From contig CAWJYV010000007.1 in NCBI GenBank assembly GCA_963847185.1, forward strand, positions 224,001 through 288,000: a stretch of 64,000 bases of DNA. Direction: 5' to 3'. The notes beneath the pieces are model-generated. The model was not told where the DNA came from. It was given only the letters and a program-made list of their open reading frames with translations, and did not search any database. The DNA is from an uncultured Methanosarcinaceae archaeon. Lineage in GTDB: Archaea; Halobacteriota; Methanosarcinia; Methanosarcinales; Methanosarcinaceae. Below are positions 10,138 to 20,277 of the stretch, one piece after another. Within the stretch, counting starts at the first letter, position 1. Each line of letters opens with the position of its first letter. Made by a program: the position numbers and the translations under genes.

Positions 10138-11448
10138 TCACTTTTTTTCTGCTGCATTGGGTTCGAGAAGACCTGGTTCTCCCCCTCCGTGCCAGCTTAT
10201 CCGCGGACGGATGCGTACAAGATGGACAGATTCCGAATGATCATCAACTATCAAAGCAGCTCCTCTTTCGCTCCCCATTTTCTTCAGGTAAGCCTGAATG
10301 CTCTCCTGCATATAAAGAGGACGGGAGCTTTCCAGAGCCAGAATGTCGTCACTTGCGGTAAGGCGGTGGCAGATAAGCATGTCACTCTGGGAGACGACAT
10401 CAGGATGAAGGCTTGCAGGTCTCTGGGTTGCCAGGATCAGAGAAAGGCCAGGCTGCCTGCCCTGTCTGAGACAGCGGTTAATAAGAACTCCGGATGCAAG
10501 ACTCTCGCCTTTTACGGGCAGAAAAATATGAGCTTCATCTATGAAGAGCCAGACAACCGGAAACTCTTCTTCCCCTGTCTTTTCTCCCATAAGCTTCTTT
10601 TCATAGATCCTCCTGGCTTCAAGTCTCTCTTCATAAAGCTTTCCTGCAAGAATCGACACCGTGGCAGCACAGACATTTTCGTTTTCAAGGGTGCTGATGT
10701 CAATGATTGTTGTTTTCCCCCCTGATATGAGTTCTGATAAAGGCGTCCCTTCTTTTGAAAAAAGCCCCCAGGAATTCACTGCCCTGAAATAGTTCTCTGC
10801 TGCCCCTTTCGAAGCCGGGTCCGAGCGAGTATCCTGCAGGACTTCATTAACAATATCTTCCAGAGAATACGCATATCCTCTTTCTCTCAGGGATTCAATA
10901 GTTCTTACAAGCAGAATTCCAAGAGGGGAAACCTCTTCAATTTTAAAAATCCTGCACCACTGGCTCCCTGAAAGTTCCTTGATTGAAATCGAAAACGGCT
11001 TTACATCGATATTCCGCTTCCTGTAAGCCTCAACTTTACCGGCTGGCACTAAAATCTCGGTTTCGATTGCTTCTGAATTGAGCCCCCAGTCCTTCAGCTT
11101 CTGGGCTTCAAAAGTATTCGGATGGCGCATTGTCCAGAAAATTCCCATAGTGTCGATAACAACGGAAGCAAGCCTTTTCTTAATAACTGGCCTGAGAAGG
11201 GAAAGTTCTTCCAGTATGCATCCCATTGTATAAGATTTTCCATATCCCCTTTTTCCGCAGATCAAAATGGCATGAGGTTTCAGGGCATCAAGATAAACAG
11301 CAGATCCTCTGGAATGGTCGAGTGCCATGTAATTTCCAATTGAGAGAAGCCCTTCTCCCGGATTTTCCTCGTTTCCAAGTACACGCAAAGTCACGGGAAC
11401 CTTTCCTCCAAACGCAGACCTGAATTCTTTATTTTCCCCTTTCAACAT
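10138..11448 (-). CDS. HerA/FtsK-like P-loop ATPase (DUF87)
   Basis: Walker A GKRGYGKS, Walker B LFIDEAH, RQGRQPG and LATQRP motifs. Confidence 0.85.
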   Translation of the reverse strand: MLKGENKEFRSAFGGKVPVTLRVLGNEENPGEGLLSIGNYMALDHSRGSAVYLDALKPHAILICGKRGYGKSYTMGCILEELSLLRPVIKKRLASVVIDTMGIFWTMRHPNTFEAQKLKDWGLNSEAIETEILVPAGKVEAYRKRNIDVKPFSISIKELSGSQWCRIFKIEEVSPLGILLVRTIESLRERGYAYSLEDIVNEVLQDTRSDPASKGAAENYFRAVNSWGLFSKEGTPLSELISGGKTTIIDISTLENENVCAATVSILAGKLYEERLEARRIYEKKLMGEKTGEEEFPVVWLFIDEAHIFLPVKGESLASGVLINRCLRQGRQPGLSLILATQRPASLHPDVVSQSDMLICHRLTASDDILALESSRPLYMQESIQAYLKKMGSERGAALIVDDHSESVHLVRIRPRISWHGGGEPGLLEPNAAEKK

Positions 11449-11679
11449 CCTGATATTATCGTATTGAACACTATTTAAAATATTTTTTTCAGCATGGATT
11501 TAATAAAAGTTCTGATTTTGAGTTTTTCAGGTTTTGGCATCATTTTTCTCGCTTGTGAGATGATATCGTGAGATAATATTGGAGATAATATCTAAAAAAC
11601 TTCAGGCTCATACAGATAGTCATATAGATATTCAATACTGTCAGTAAAGAGTGTTTATCCACAGGAGAGGTAGGACGCA

Positions 11680-12273
11680 ATGAATATACTGGTAATTCTT
11701 GGGCATCCAAACAAAGGAAGTTTTAATCATGCGATTGCAAATACTGTTGTAGAAACCCTGTCAAATAACGACCACGAAGTCTTTTTTCATGATCTCTATG
11801 ACGAAAACTTTGATCCGGTTATCTCAAGTCAGGAAATCGCTAAAGGCGCCTCTTTAGAAAAAGTTATAGGGGAACACTGCACTGAAATCAGTAAGGCAGA
11901 CGGAATTGTCATAGTTCATCCTAACTGGTGGGGACAACCTCCTGCAATTTTAAAAGGCTGGGTAGATCGAGTAATACGTCCGGGAGTAGCATATGAATTT
12001 AAAGAAGGAGATAATGGGGAAGGGATACCGGTAGGGTTATTGAAAGCAGAAACAGTCCTGGTATTCAATACCTCAAATACTCCGAGAGAAAGGGAAATAC
12101 AGGTATTTGGTGATCCTCTTGAGGTACTCTGGAAAAACTGTATTTTTGATTTTTGCGGAGTAAAAAACTTTTACAGGAGAATGTTTGGAGTTGTGGTTAC
12201 GAGCAAGCTTGAGGAACGCCAAGCCTGGTTAAAAGAAGTGGGAAAAATAGTAGATACGTATTTTCCTGAGTGA
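11680..12273 (+). CDS. NAD(P)H-dependent oxidoreductase, flavodoxin-like (quinone reductase family)
   Basis: ILGHPNKGSFNHA and HPNWWGQPPAILKGWVDRV. Confidence 0.9.
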   Translation: MNILVILGHPNKGSFNHAIANTVVETLSNNDHEVFFHDLYDENFDPVISSQEIAKGASLEKVIGEHCTEISKADGIVIVHPNWWGQPPAILKGWVDRVIRPGVAYEFKEGDNGEGIPVGLLKAETVLVFNTSNTPREREIQVFGDPLEVLWKNCIFDFCGVKNFYRRMFGVVVTSKLEERQAWLKEVGKIVDTYFPE

Positions 12274-12311
12274 GTGTTTAGTTGCATGAGTAGTGAGCAT
12301 TTAGTTCCTTT

Positions 12312-13244
12312 TTAACCAATTTTCTTTAATTTTTCGAGCGTTCTTTTCACCCCAACTCTGGGATTAAGTTTCAATGCAGTTTCAAAATGTTTTATCGCCT
12401 CGGCATCATTTCCCTGTAAATGGTAAATTTCACCTAAAACCCTGAGAATTTTCGATTTGGTATCTTTGTCAGAAAATCTTTTCAATCCTTTTGTTAGAGG
12501 AGCTACAAGTTCATCATATTCGTGAGGGTCGGTATTTACAGAAAGCTCTTCTTTCAATTCCTTGACAGCTTCAAGAAATTCAATGTCATTTCCGGTACTA
12601 ATGCAATCATGTCTATATAATTTGGAGTCAATGCAAGTCCCTTCAAAAGTGTAACGGTAAACTCTATTCTTATTATGCGTCAAGTACAGGATTTTCTTTT
12701 TAGTGTCAAAGCGATAACTTTTGGGCCAATTAAACTCAGATCCGATTGTTTCAGGCAATCTGTTCCATAATAGTTTTTTATTCTTTAGGTCAAAGAAATA
12801 TAATTTGCAGCTGTTTGATTTACTGGTACTTTCTAAAGCCTGGCAAACGGCAAAATTTCCGTCGTCTGAAATGCCGGTAGAACCTAAATTTGCCTTGCAT
12901 TTTTGCTTAATCAGAGTTTCTCCCTGTGAATTAATTATATGGAATACTCCATACATGCCCTTGGGAGTCAAATCGCTGAGAATAAATACTCCTGAGTTTG
13001 AGATCATCCCATTGTTAGGATTTCTCATTTTAGCTTGAAGTTTTACTTTCCCGCGTTCTAATAAAATGTATCTTCCGTTTTCATTTTGATTTTTCCACGC
13101 CAAAATGAATTTACCGTTTGGTGATTGATGATATTCTCCCGTAAAATCATCAATTGATAGAAAATTACCATTTATCGAATAATTCAATTTGGGAGATTTT
13201 CGAGATTGTTTTGCCCTATTTTTAAAAAAATCAAATAAACCCAT
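12312..13244 (-). CDS. Hypothetical protein with beta-rich N-terminus and C-terminal TPR
   Basis: LGEIYHLQGNDAEAIKHFETALKLNP is a TPR-like repeat. Confidence 0.7.
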   Translation of the reverse strand: MGLFDFFKNRAKQSRKSPKLNYSINGNFLSIDDFTGEYHQSPNGKFILAWKNQNENGRYILLERGKVKLQAKMRNPNNGMISNSGVFILSDLTPKGMYGVFHIINSQGETLIKQKCKANLGSTGISDDGNFAVCQALESTSKSNSCKLYFFDLKNKKLLWNRLPETIGSEFNWPKSYRFDTKKKILYLTHNKNRVYRYTFEGTCIDSKLYRHDCISTGNDIEFLEAVKELKEELSVNTDPHEYDELVAPLTKGLKRFSDKDTKSKILRVLGEIYHLQGNDAEAIKHFETALKLNPRVGVKRTLEKLKKIG

Positions 13245-13683
13245 GCTGTAAACACCAAAAACATGTATTTCCTGATTAGGAACCAGTCATCTTGAATAAA
13301 TATCGGAATCTTTAGAGTATTAATTATTTTTGAATCTGATCGGTCTTTAGCTATTTTATTTTTCTTCTAGTTCCTTGACCTTCTCAGAGCATTTTATGAC
13401 TTTATCAAATTATATCTAATCTGATTATATTTAAAACCAATGAGAAGATTAGCATTCTTTTTTTGTTTAAAAAAGTAATTAACTGGTTCTGAAAAACTTA
13501 TTAAAAAATAGAAAAATTAGAGGATTGAATAGAGATTTAATCACGAAAGGTTGAATAGAAATTCAACCCTGAAAAATATAGTACGAAGCTTTTAAAAACT
13601 CAAATACCTTCAAGAATACCTCCCGTTAAGGATATTTCCTGTTAAGGTATTATTTGTTCAATTTATTTACTGCGCATTTTTAC

Positions 13684-14754
13684 TCAGGATATTATCTTGT
13701 CCAGCTGGTTTGTCTGGGCAGCTATCTTGATTTCCCTGGCTATCCTTCTTCCAGTAGAGAGGTTTTCCTCTATCAAATCAGCATAAGGGGAACCTGAAAT
13801 GTAAAGGTTTGTTCCTGCCACGATCCTGGCTGAAATCTCAAATACTTTGATTTCCAGTTCATCCGTAAACACGGTTTCAAGGCAGAAAGCCCCTATCATA
13901 CCGCCAAAAAGACCCAGAGACTCTTCAACTACCCTTTCTCCAAGAGAAAAGATCAGAGGCAGGAGTGATTCTCTTGCTATCAGAGGCACGTTTCCTGTGA
14001 CTACATATGTCGGACGGATGCCAGCTTCTATGAGTTCCCTTGGGGAACCAAGCCTGAAGATTTCATCGGCATTGGACTCTACCCTGCGGTCCATGCTCAG
14101 GAGTTCAAGACTTCCTTCGCTTAGTGTGTATCCTTCGTTTCGTATAGGAGAGTAGAAGTAATGCAGGTAATAACGGGTTCCTGTGATGAATTCCTGGATT
14201 GTAAACTTTTGATCCCTATCCACGAGTTCTTCGAATTCTTCATAGGTTTTTGCAACGAAGAAACCTTTTCCTCCTCTTGCTCCGTCATACTTGACCATTA
14301 CAGGTCCTTTGATATCACGAGGGTCATCGATTTTTCCAGGCATGTGAATACCTGCGCCAAGCAGCCATTCACGTTCTTTATCTCTGTCCGATTCCCATTC
14401 GAGCACATCCCGGTTCCCAAAAGTAGGGACTGCCATATCTGCAAAATTTTCCGTGCCGAGGTAAGCAACAAATGAACCATGAGGAATAATAATAGCATTC
14501 TTCTCTTTAAGTTCTTCAACCTTATTCATTATATCTTCATAACTATCAACAACAAGGTACTCATCGGGTTTTGCTTTGGGAAATGCTTCATAGAATTTTG
14601 GGGGTTTGCCAACGCATATCCCCAGAGTTCTGAAGCCTTCTTTCCGTGCTCCATCAAAGATTTGAAGGCTTGAATGAGAACAAATTGTTGCAATAGTAAT
14701 GTTTTCTAAATCATAATTTTTAAGAAGTTCCAGAACCTGCTGTTTTGTTATCAT
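13684..14754 (-). CDS. purP: Formate--phosphoribosylaminoimidazolecarboxamide ligase
   Basis: IATICSHSSLQI, IIPHGSF, GGKGFF, FEISARIVAGTN. Confidence 0.93.
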   Translation of the reverse strand: MITKQQVLELLKNYDLENITIATICSHSSLQIFDGARKEGFRTLGICVGKPPKFYEAFPKAKPDEYLVVDSYEDIMNKVEELKEKNAIIIPHGSFVAYLGTENFADMAVPTFGNRDVLEWESDRDKEREWLLGAGIHMPGKIDDPRDIKGPVMVKYDGARGGKGFFVAKTYEEFEELVDRDQKFTIQEFITGTRYYLHYFYSPIRNEGYTLSEGSLELLSMDRRVESNADEIFRLGSPRELIEAGIRPTYVVTGNVPLIARESLLPLIFSLGERVVEESLGLFGGMIGAFCLETVFTDELEIKVFEISARIVAGTNLYISGSPYADLIEENLSTGRRIAREIKIAAQTNQLDKIIS

Positions 14755-14945
14755 GATTGCTACCAGCGGAAAATTTAGATTAGAATATACAATGTTATAT
14801 TTAAGGTTAAGGACTGGATTCTATATATAAATATAGTAGCGCATGTATATTTAACCTTAAAAAAATAAAACTTTATACTAAGATATGTGTAAACTAAAGC
14901 AAAGAGTAAGAGTAAAAAAGCAGATTATTGATTCAGGAAGTAAGC

Positions 14946-15884
14946 ATGAAAGAGTTTGAAGATCGAGAAGGTTTATCGGAAGCTCAAAAAAGCTTATCAG
15001 AAGCTGGCGCCCCTCTTAAGAGGCCTGAAAGTCTCGAGCAGGAAGATAAGGTACTTTTTTTGCCTGTAAACGGGGATTCAAGAAAAATCACCCAGATCCT
15101 TTCCAATGAAACATCACTCAAGATTCTTGAACTTCTGGGTAAGAAAGGGATGTCTGCAACCGATATTGCAGCGGAGCTGAATTTACCCCTGACCACTGTC
15201 AAGTATAATCTTGATTCTCTGGCTGAATCCGATCTTATTAAGGTCAAACAGATAAAATGGAGTAAAAAAGGCCGTCAGGTAAAAATCTATGAATCAGTAG
15301 AAAAGTTAATTGTTCTTGTCCCTTCAAAGAGCTCTTTAGATAAGCTCTCCATCATAAACATACTTCAGAAGTATCTCGGCGTAATAGGGGCAGCCGTCTT
15401 TGCAGCTGCAGGAATAGAGTATTTTTCAGCCTATATGCAGGCAAAAATAATCGTTGATGCGACTGCACCATTGAGAATGGGGGTAATGAACAATACTTCA
15501 GATATACTTCCTGAGACAACGGTTATGGGAATTAACGAGAGCGACAACATGAGCCCGAAAGTGGCTCTTGACCAGCAGATTCCCGAAAATGAGACTATGA
15601 TTGTACATTCTGAAATTCTAGAGGCTGGGACAGGAAATGCCTCCTCTACGCTGGAATCCAGTCCGGTTCAGGGTGCTGCTGATACCTATGTTGCCACCTC
15701 GAATGTTTCGAATTCAACTCAGATACCTGTAGTTCCTCCAGAAGGGCTCTCTCATGCAGGTGGAATTCATGGAATCTATGATGCTCTTTCCCTTCACCCT
15801 GGAGTCTGGTTCCTTTTCGGGTGTATTTTTATAGTATTTCTGATGATTGTAAGAGAAGTCTATTATAAGAAAAAATCTAACTAA
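14946..15884 (+). CDS. ArsR-type HTH regulator with two predicted transmembrane segments
   Basis: SATDIAAELNLPLTTVKYNLDSL HTH; hydrophobic YLGVIGAAVFAAAGI and VWFLFGCIFIVFLMIV. ATG at 14946 preferred over TTG at 14928. Confidence 0.8.
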   Translation: MKEFEDREGLSEAQKSLSEAGAPLKRPESLEQEDKVLFLPVNGDSRKITQILSNETSLKILELLGKKGMSATDIAAELNLPLTTVKYNLDSLAESDLIKVKQIKWSKKGRQVKIYESVEKLIVLVPSKSSLDKLSIINILQKYLGVIGAAVFAAAGIEYFSAYMQAKIIVDATAPLRMGVMNNTSDILPETTVMGINESDNMSPKVALDQQIPENETMIVHSEILEAGTGNASSTLESSPVQGAADTYVATSNVSNSTQIPVVPPEGLSHAGGIHGIYDALSLHPGVWFLFGCIFIVFLMIVREVYYKKKSN

Positions 15885-15896
15885 ACAGAGATTGGT

Positions 15897-16706
15897 ATGA
15901 GAGTCGCTTTAAAGCTTGCATATATAGGCACTGAGTTTCACGGCTCCCAGATCCAGCCCAATGTTGTGACCGTGGAAGGAGAACTCTTCAAGGCTCTTCG
16001 GAATCTCGGGATCATAGAAAGCCCCAAGTCTGCTAATTATACCTGTGCCGGCAGGACCGATGCGGGGGTTCATGCCCTTGAGCAGGTTGTTGCTTTTGAT
16101 ACTGACAAATCTAACCTGGCAATTCCCAGGATTATAAACTCCGAACTTCCCCCAACTATCTGGACCTGGGCCCACGCGGAGGTACCCCGCGATTTTGACG
16201 CTAGAAGAAATGCAGTTTCAAGACACTACCACTATGTCATGACCGGGGAAGGATACGATATCTCCAGAATCCGGGAAGCTTCAAAATTGCTTATCGGGAC
16301 CCATGATTTCGAAAATCTTTCGAGAACCAATGGAGACAAAAGTACAGTTAGAACCATAGAAAGCATCAACGTCCGCGTAGATGGTGAGCTTACTAAAATC
16401 GACGTGGTTGGAGATAGTTTCCTCTGGAATATGGTCAGGAAAATAGTAACCGCACTTTCTATGATAGGAAGAGGGGTACGTGATAAGGACTGGCTGCTCC
16501 AGATGCTGAATCCGGATATCTATGAAGAAGGAATCGAACCTGCTCCTGCCTATGGATTAACCCTTTTAAAAGTAAACTATGAAGAGGAAATAGGGTGGAT
16601 TGAAGATAATTATTCTATCAGGAGAGCAGCTGAGTATAATCAGAAACGTATTCTAAGACACAGAGTTATGGCCGAGGTTCTGGAAGAACTGGCATTTCAG
16701 GAGTAA
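15897..16706 (+). CDS. truA: tRNA pseudouridine(38-40) synthase
   Basis: AGRTDAGVHA, FLWNMVRKIV, APAYGL. Confidence 0.95.
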   Translation: MRVALKLAYIGTEFHGSQIQPNVVTVEGELFKALRNLGIIESPKSANYTCAGRTDAGVHALEQVVAFDTDKSNLAIPRIINSELPPTIWTWAHAEVPRDFDARRNAVSRHYHYVMTGEGYDISRIREASKLLIGTHDFENLSRTNGDKSTVRTIESINVRVDGELTKIDVVGDSFLWNMVRKIVTALSMIGRGVRDKDWLLQMLNPDIYEEGIEPAPAYGLTLLKVNYEEEIGWIEDNYSIRRAAEYNQKRILRHRVMAEVLEELAFQE

Positions 16707-16799
16707 GAAATACCCTATAAGGGTATTTCACTTGCTTTTATTTTGATATTGGTCTTGTATCCTGATATTGTTTTTATATTTTGATAGTGTTTTCACTTC

Positions 16800-17843
16800 T
16801 CATTCCCTTTTCTGAAAAATAGTTATTGTCCTTGTAAGGCTTCTGTGCACTCTCTGCACATAAATCTCAAGAACCTCAAGTCCTGCCTTTTTTCCGTATT
16901 CTAATGCGGGTTTGTCCGAAACTACAATTGCAATGCCACCTGGTTTCAGAACACGCTGGATTTCTTCAAGTGCACAGGAGTAAAGTTTCTCCAGGGATTC
17001 CGCGAGGATTGCTGCAGACCTGCCGTAGGGTGGGTCAGTGACAACAGCATCTATTGTGGCATCCTTAAGCGGGACCCTGCAGGCGTCCCCCTCCATCAGG
17101 GCATAGTCCAGTTCAAAGGCCTCAAGGTTCATGCGGGCGCCAAGAACAAGTTTTTCCTGAGCATCTATTCCTACCACTCTTGCTCCTACAATCCCTGCCT
17201 CAATTAGTATCCCGGCTGTTCCGCAGAAGGGATCCAGAAAGAGTTCTCCTGGTTTTATACCTGAGAGGTTTGTAAGCGCCCGTGCAATCCTGGGCATAAG
17301 GACTCCAGGATAGAAAAAAGGTTTATTCTGAGGGGTTCTGGTTTCGTATGCGCTTCTGTCGATAGAGGACAGAATAGTTCCCAACACGGCCTTTTCGCTG
17401 AGAATCAAACGGAATTCCACATCAGGGTTTTTCAGGTTTGCCCGGAAACCCTTTCTGTAGATGCATCCTCCTATTTTCTGTTCCAGAACCTCTCCCGGAA
17501 AATCAACGTGATGCTTAATCCTTTTTGCTCTAACCACAAAACTTTGCCCTTCTTTTATATAGCCTGAGGGCTCAAAGGCCTCTGCAAGTTTCAGGGCTGC
17601 ATCCTGGGAGTTTTCGGCAATCCCTACAACTTTCAGGATATGGTGGGTCATTGCCAGCCTCTCAGGTATGGAACCTTTAAGGGTTTTTTCCACATCCTCT
17701 TCTTTACCTGTAATATCCACTACCAGGCACTGGTCAAATCTTGTATGGGGCTGAAAATTAAGTCCCTCTATTTTGAGACAGGCAAGAACTTCGGCAGCAG
17801 GTAGTTCTTCATGTTCTCCTGACAGTTCAAAAGCGTATAACAT
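16800..17843 (-). CDS. trm11: tRNA (guanine-10-N2) methyltransferase, THUMP plus methyltransferase domain
   Basis: THUMP (SFVVRAKR), LDPFCGTAG, TDPPYG, VHRSLTR. Confidence 0.85.
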   Translation of the reverse strand: MLYAFELSGEHEELPAAEVLACLKIEGLNFQPHTRFDQCLVVDITGKEEDVEKTLKGSIPERLAMTHHILKVVGIAENSQDAALKLAEAFEPSGYIKEGQSFVVRAKRIKHHVDFPGEVLEQKIGGCIYRKGFRANLKNPDVEFRLILSEKAVLGTILSSIDRSAYETRTPQNKPFFYPGVLMPRIARALTNLSGIKPGELFLDPFCGTAGILIEAGIVGARVVGIDAQEKLVLGARMNLEAFELDYALMEGDACRVPLKDATIDAVVTDPPYGRSAAILAESLEKLYSCALEEIQRVLKPGGIAIVVSDKPALEYGKKAGLEVLEIYVQRVHRSLTRTITIFQKRE

Positions 17844-17999
17844 GGATGATCCGAAATTAAGTAAAAATATTTATTCAATGAAATTCAGTGGAAGTATCTA
17901 TTCAGTGAGAATCTCTCAATAATTAGTTGATTTCCCTGAAATAATTCTCTGAATATGTCTCTTTAAAAGTGATTCTAAACAGCTTTAAGTACTTTTTCC

Positions 18000-18287
18000 T
18001 TAAAACATCTTTTCCAGGGCTTCTCTTCCAGTCATTCCAGGCTCAATCCCCAGTTTTCTGGCCAGTTCAGTTACTTCGGCAACAGAAGCTTTGAGCATGT
18101 CTTCAAGACTCTTAACCCCTTTTACTTTCGCTGCCGTATCGCCAAGTGTCTCTGCGGCGTTTACATTCAGGTAGCCGCACATCAGAAATCCTTTCTCTGC
18201 CCTTATAACCAGAAGGGGATATTTCTGCATCTCAAAACGGAGGCCAAGGGCACATCCGTTTTCGAGTTGAATTTGTTCAATGAGCAT
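18000..18287 (-). CDS. YunC/DUF1805 family protein
   Basis: GFLMCGYL, LGIEPGMTGREALEKM; likely start at MLIEQ (18287). Confidence 0.85.
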   Translation of the reverse strand: MLIEQIQLENGCALGLRFEMQKYPLLVIRAEKGFLMCGYLNVNAAETLGDTAAKVKGVKSLEDMLKASVAEVTELARKLGIEPGMTGREALEKMF

Positions 18288-18328
18288 GTTTTTCTGAATG
18301 AGCCTCAAGCCAGATTAACTTTTTGGAC

Positions 18329-19144
18329 TCAGGTGAAACTGTGTAAAAAATTCGTTAGGAAACTTAATGATTCCCGGATATCTACCGGATCTTCATCAGT
18401 TCCGGTTTTGTTTTCTTTGTTCATGCTCGTGTTTTCTATGTTCTTTTCTTCTTTTTCCTTCATACTCTGCAGCTGTGCTTTAAAACTCTCGTTTTCCGAA
18501 AGCCAGATGGTTATATTTTTTTCAGATGGAAAGCTGCCTTTGAGGACAGTAAGGTTATTTTTAAACTCAATTGTTTTATTGTCCAGACCCTCAGTTTTTG
18601 CTGCATCAAAACCTGCAGGCAGGGTTATGGACACATCCGATTTTGGAGTACCCATGAACCAGATTTTCGTACCTGAACTGAGCTCTTTTTTAAAACTGTA
18701 ACTGACAAGAGCAGAATTAATAATTGATGAGTTTTTTTCAGTTTTTCCCAGAGCTTCTTTAGGGATCCAATAATCGATTTCTTCAACTTTAACATCTTCT
18801 GGAGTCCCATTAAGCTTTACATCGGGTTTGTTTTTTATAGATTCTTCCATTTTGTCTCTGAGGAACATCTCTGATTTCAGAATTTCCCACGCATTGACAA
18901 AATTATCATGGTTGCCTTTTTGCAGATCCATAAATTCTCTGAAGAAAACGGCTTCATTTTCTGTACTTGTTTCCTGATATCCCCAGGTCATTCCGTTCCT
19001 TTCCAGTGTAACATTATTGCTGGGAGAAAAGGCAGCAGAACAGGGTTCTGTGAAAAGGGGCATAAGAAGAATCGCTGATATAAACCAGGTTATAAAAAAA
19101 TAATGTAACTTCAAGGTTTTCAACTCTTTTCTATAAGGTCTCAA
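18329..19144 (-). CDS. Hypothetical secreted or membrane protein
   Basis: N-terminal hydrophobic signal-like segment; 271 aa; start uncertain. Confidence 0.65.
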   Translation of the reverse strand: MRPYRKELKTLKLHYFFITWFISAILLMPLFTEPCSAAFSPSNNVTLERNGMTWGYQETSTENEAVFFREFMDLQKGNHDNFVNAWEILKSEMFLRDKMEESIKNKPDVKLNGTPEDVKVEEIDYWIPKEALGKTEKNSSIINSALVSYSFKKELSSGTKIWFMGTPKSDVSITLPAGFDAAKTEGLDNKTIEFKNNLTVLKGSFPSEKNITIWLSENESFKAQLQSMKEKEEKNIENTSMNKENKTGTDEDPVDIRESLSFLTNFLHSFT

Positions 19145-19202
19145 CTCTTTTCTGTTTTACTTTTTCAACCTTCTATTTTTAGTTTTCTTCTCTATCCCTG
19201 GT

Positions 19203-20093
19203 TTATTTTGTTGTGACTTCACAGCCGTCCTGAGTTATTATTATCGTGTGTTCTGCCTGGGCTACAAGCCCGCCTGCGATTTCAATAAGCACGGGATAAG
19301 CGTGAAGGATTCCGGCCCTTTCCAGCTGTATCAGTGCGAACTCAAGTTTGTCGGAATTTAGCCAGCGTTTTGCAAAAGGCAGCTCTTTATATTCTTCTGC
19401 CTGTTTCAGGACATTTCTGACATCAGGCATACGAACAGGCTTTTTCCTTATTATGCTGTATATCTCGGCCCAGTTTCCGTCATGAACAAGCCCTGCTCCG
19501 TTTGTTGCAAAAGGCTCTATTGCAAGCACATCTCCTTCCTTTAAAACAGCTCCTCCTTCCACATGCCTGTTAGGAACAGACGGGTTGTCATGAGCCTCAT
19601 AACAGGAAAGCCCGTGCCCTGTCAGGTTACTAATCGGGTTTAAACCATAACTGCGAATGCTGCTCTCTATCGCAGCCCCTATCTTTCCCGTAGCGATCCC
19701 TGGTCTTGCAACGTCAATAGCTGCGTCAAGAGCCTCTTCAGCTGCTTTTAAGATATCGGAGTTTCCAGATAGATCAACAGTTACGGCTGAGTCTGCTATG
19801 TATCCGTCCACATGGACTCCAAGGTCCAGCTTCACCATATCTTTTCCGAAAACGTCAGAGTCTCCTGCCTTTGGGGTTGCATGTGCAGCCTCCTCGTTTC
19901 TCGAGATATTGCAGGGAAAAGCGGGTCTGCCTCCAAGCTCTATGGTGCGTGTTTCCACAAAATCCGCAACTTTTAGCAGACTGTTTCCAACCCTTACCAT
20001 TTCCACGGCTTCAGCCCTGACAATCTTCAGAATCCTGCCCGCTTCCCTGTATTTTTCAAGGATCTCCTCTTTATTGCGTACGTTATCGGTCAT
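19203..20093 (-). CDS. map: Type II methionine aminopeptidase
   Basis: PAFPCNIS, DLGVHVDG, LTGHGL, AIEPF, QAEHT. Confidence 0.95.
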   Translation of the reverse strand: MTDNVRNKEEILEKYREAGRILKIVRAEAVEMVRVGNSLLKVADFVETRTIELGGRPAFPCNISRNEEAAHATPKAGDSDVFGKDMVKLDLGVHVDGYIADSAVTVDLSGNSDILKAAEEALDAAIDVARPGIATGKIGAAIESSIRSYGLNPISNLTGHGLSCYEAHDNPSVPNRHVEGGAVLKEGDVLAIEPFATNGAGLVHDGNWAEIYSIIRKKPVRMPDVRNVLKQAEEYKELPFAKRWLNSDKLEFALIQLERAGILHAYPVLIEIAGGLVAQAEHTIIITQDGCEVTTK

Positions 20094-20277
20094 GTTAACC
20101 TCTAATTGATATAATAAGTTCTGCCTTTAACTGGATATTATAATAAATTGTCAAATATTCTTATAATATTCTCAAAGATTCTTATAGTATTATCAAAAAT
20201 TCTTATAGTTGCGATGCTGCCAATTTTTAGTCTGAACAGTTTAGATCTAAATAAACGAAGCTTTTTAATTTTAGGTT

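Noticed and set aside
14796-14860. Inverted repeat TTAAGGTTAA...TTAACCTTAA between purP and the ArsR gene
   Set aside because: Adequately explained by BRE/TATA-like elements in an AT-rich divergent promoter region.
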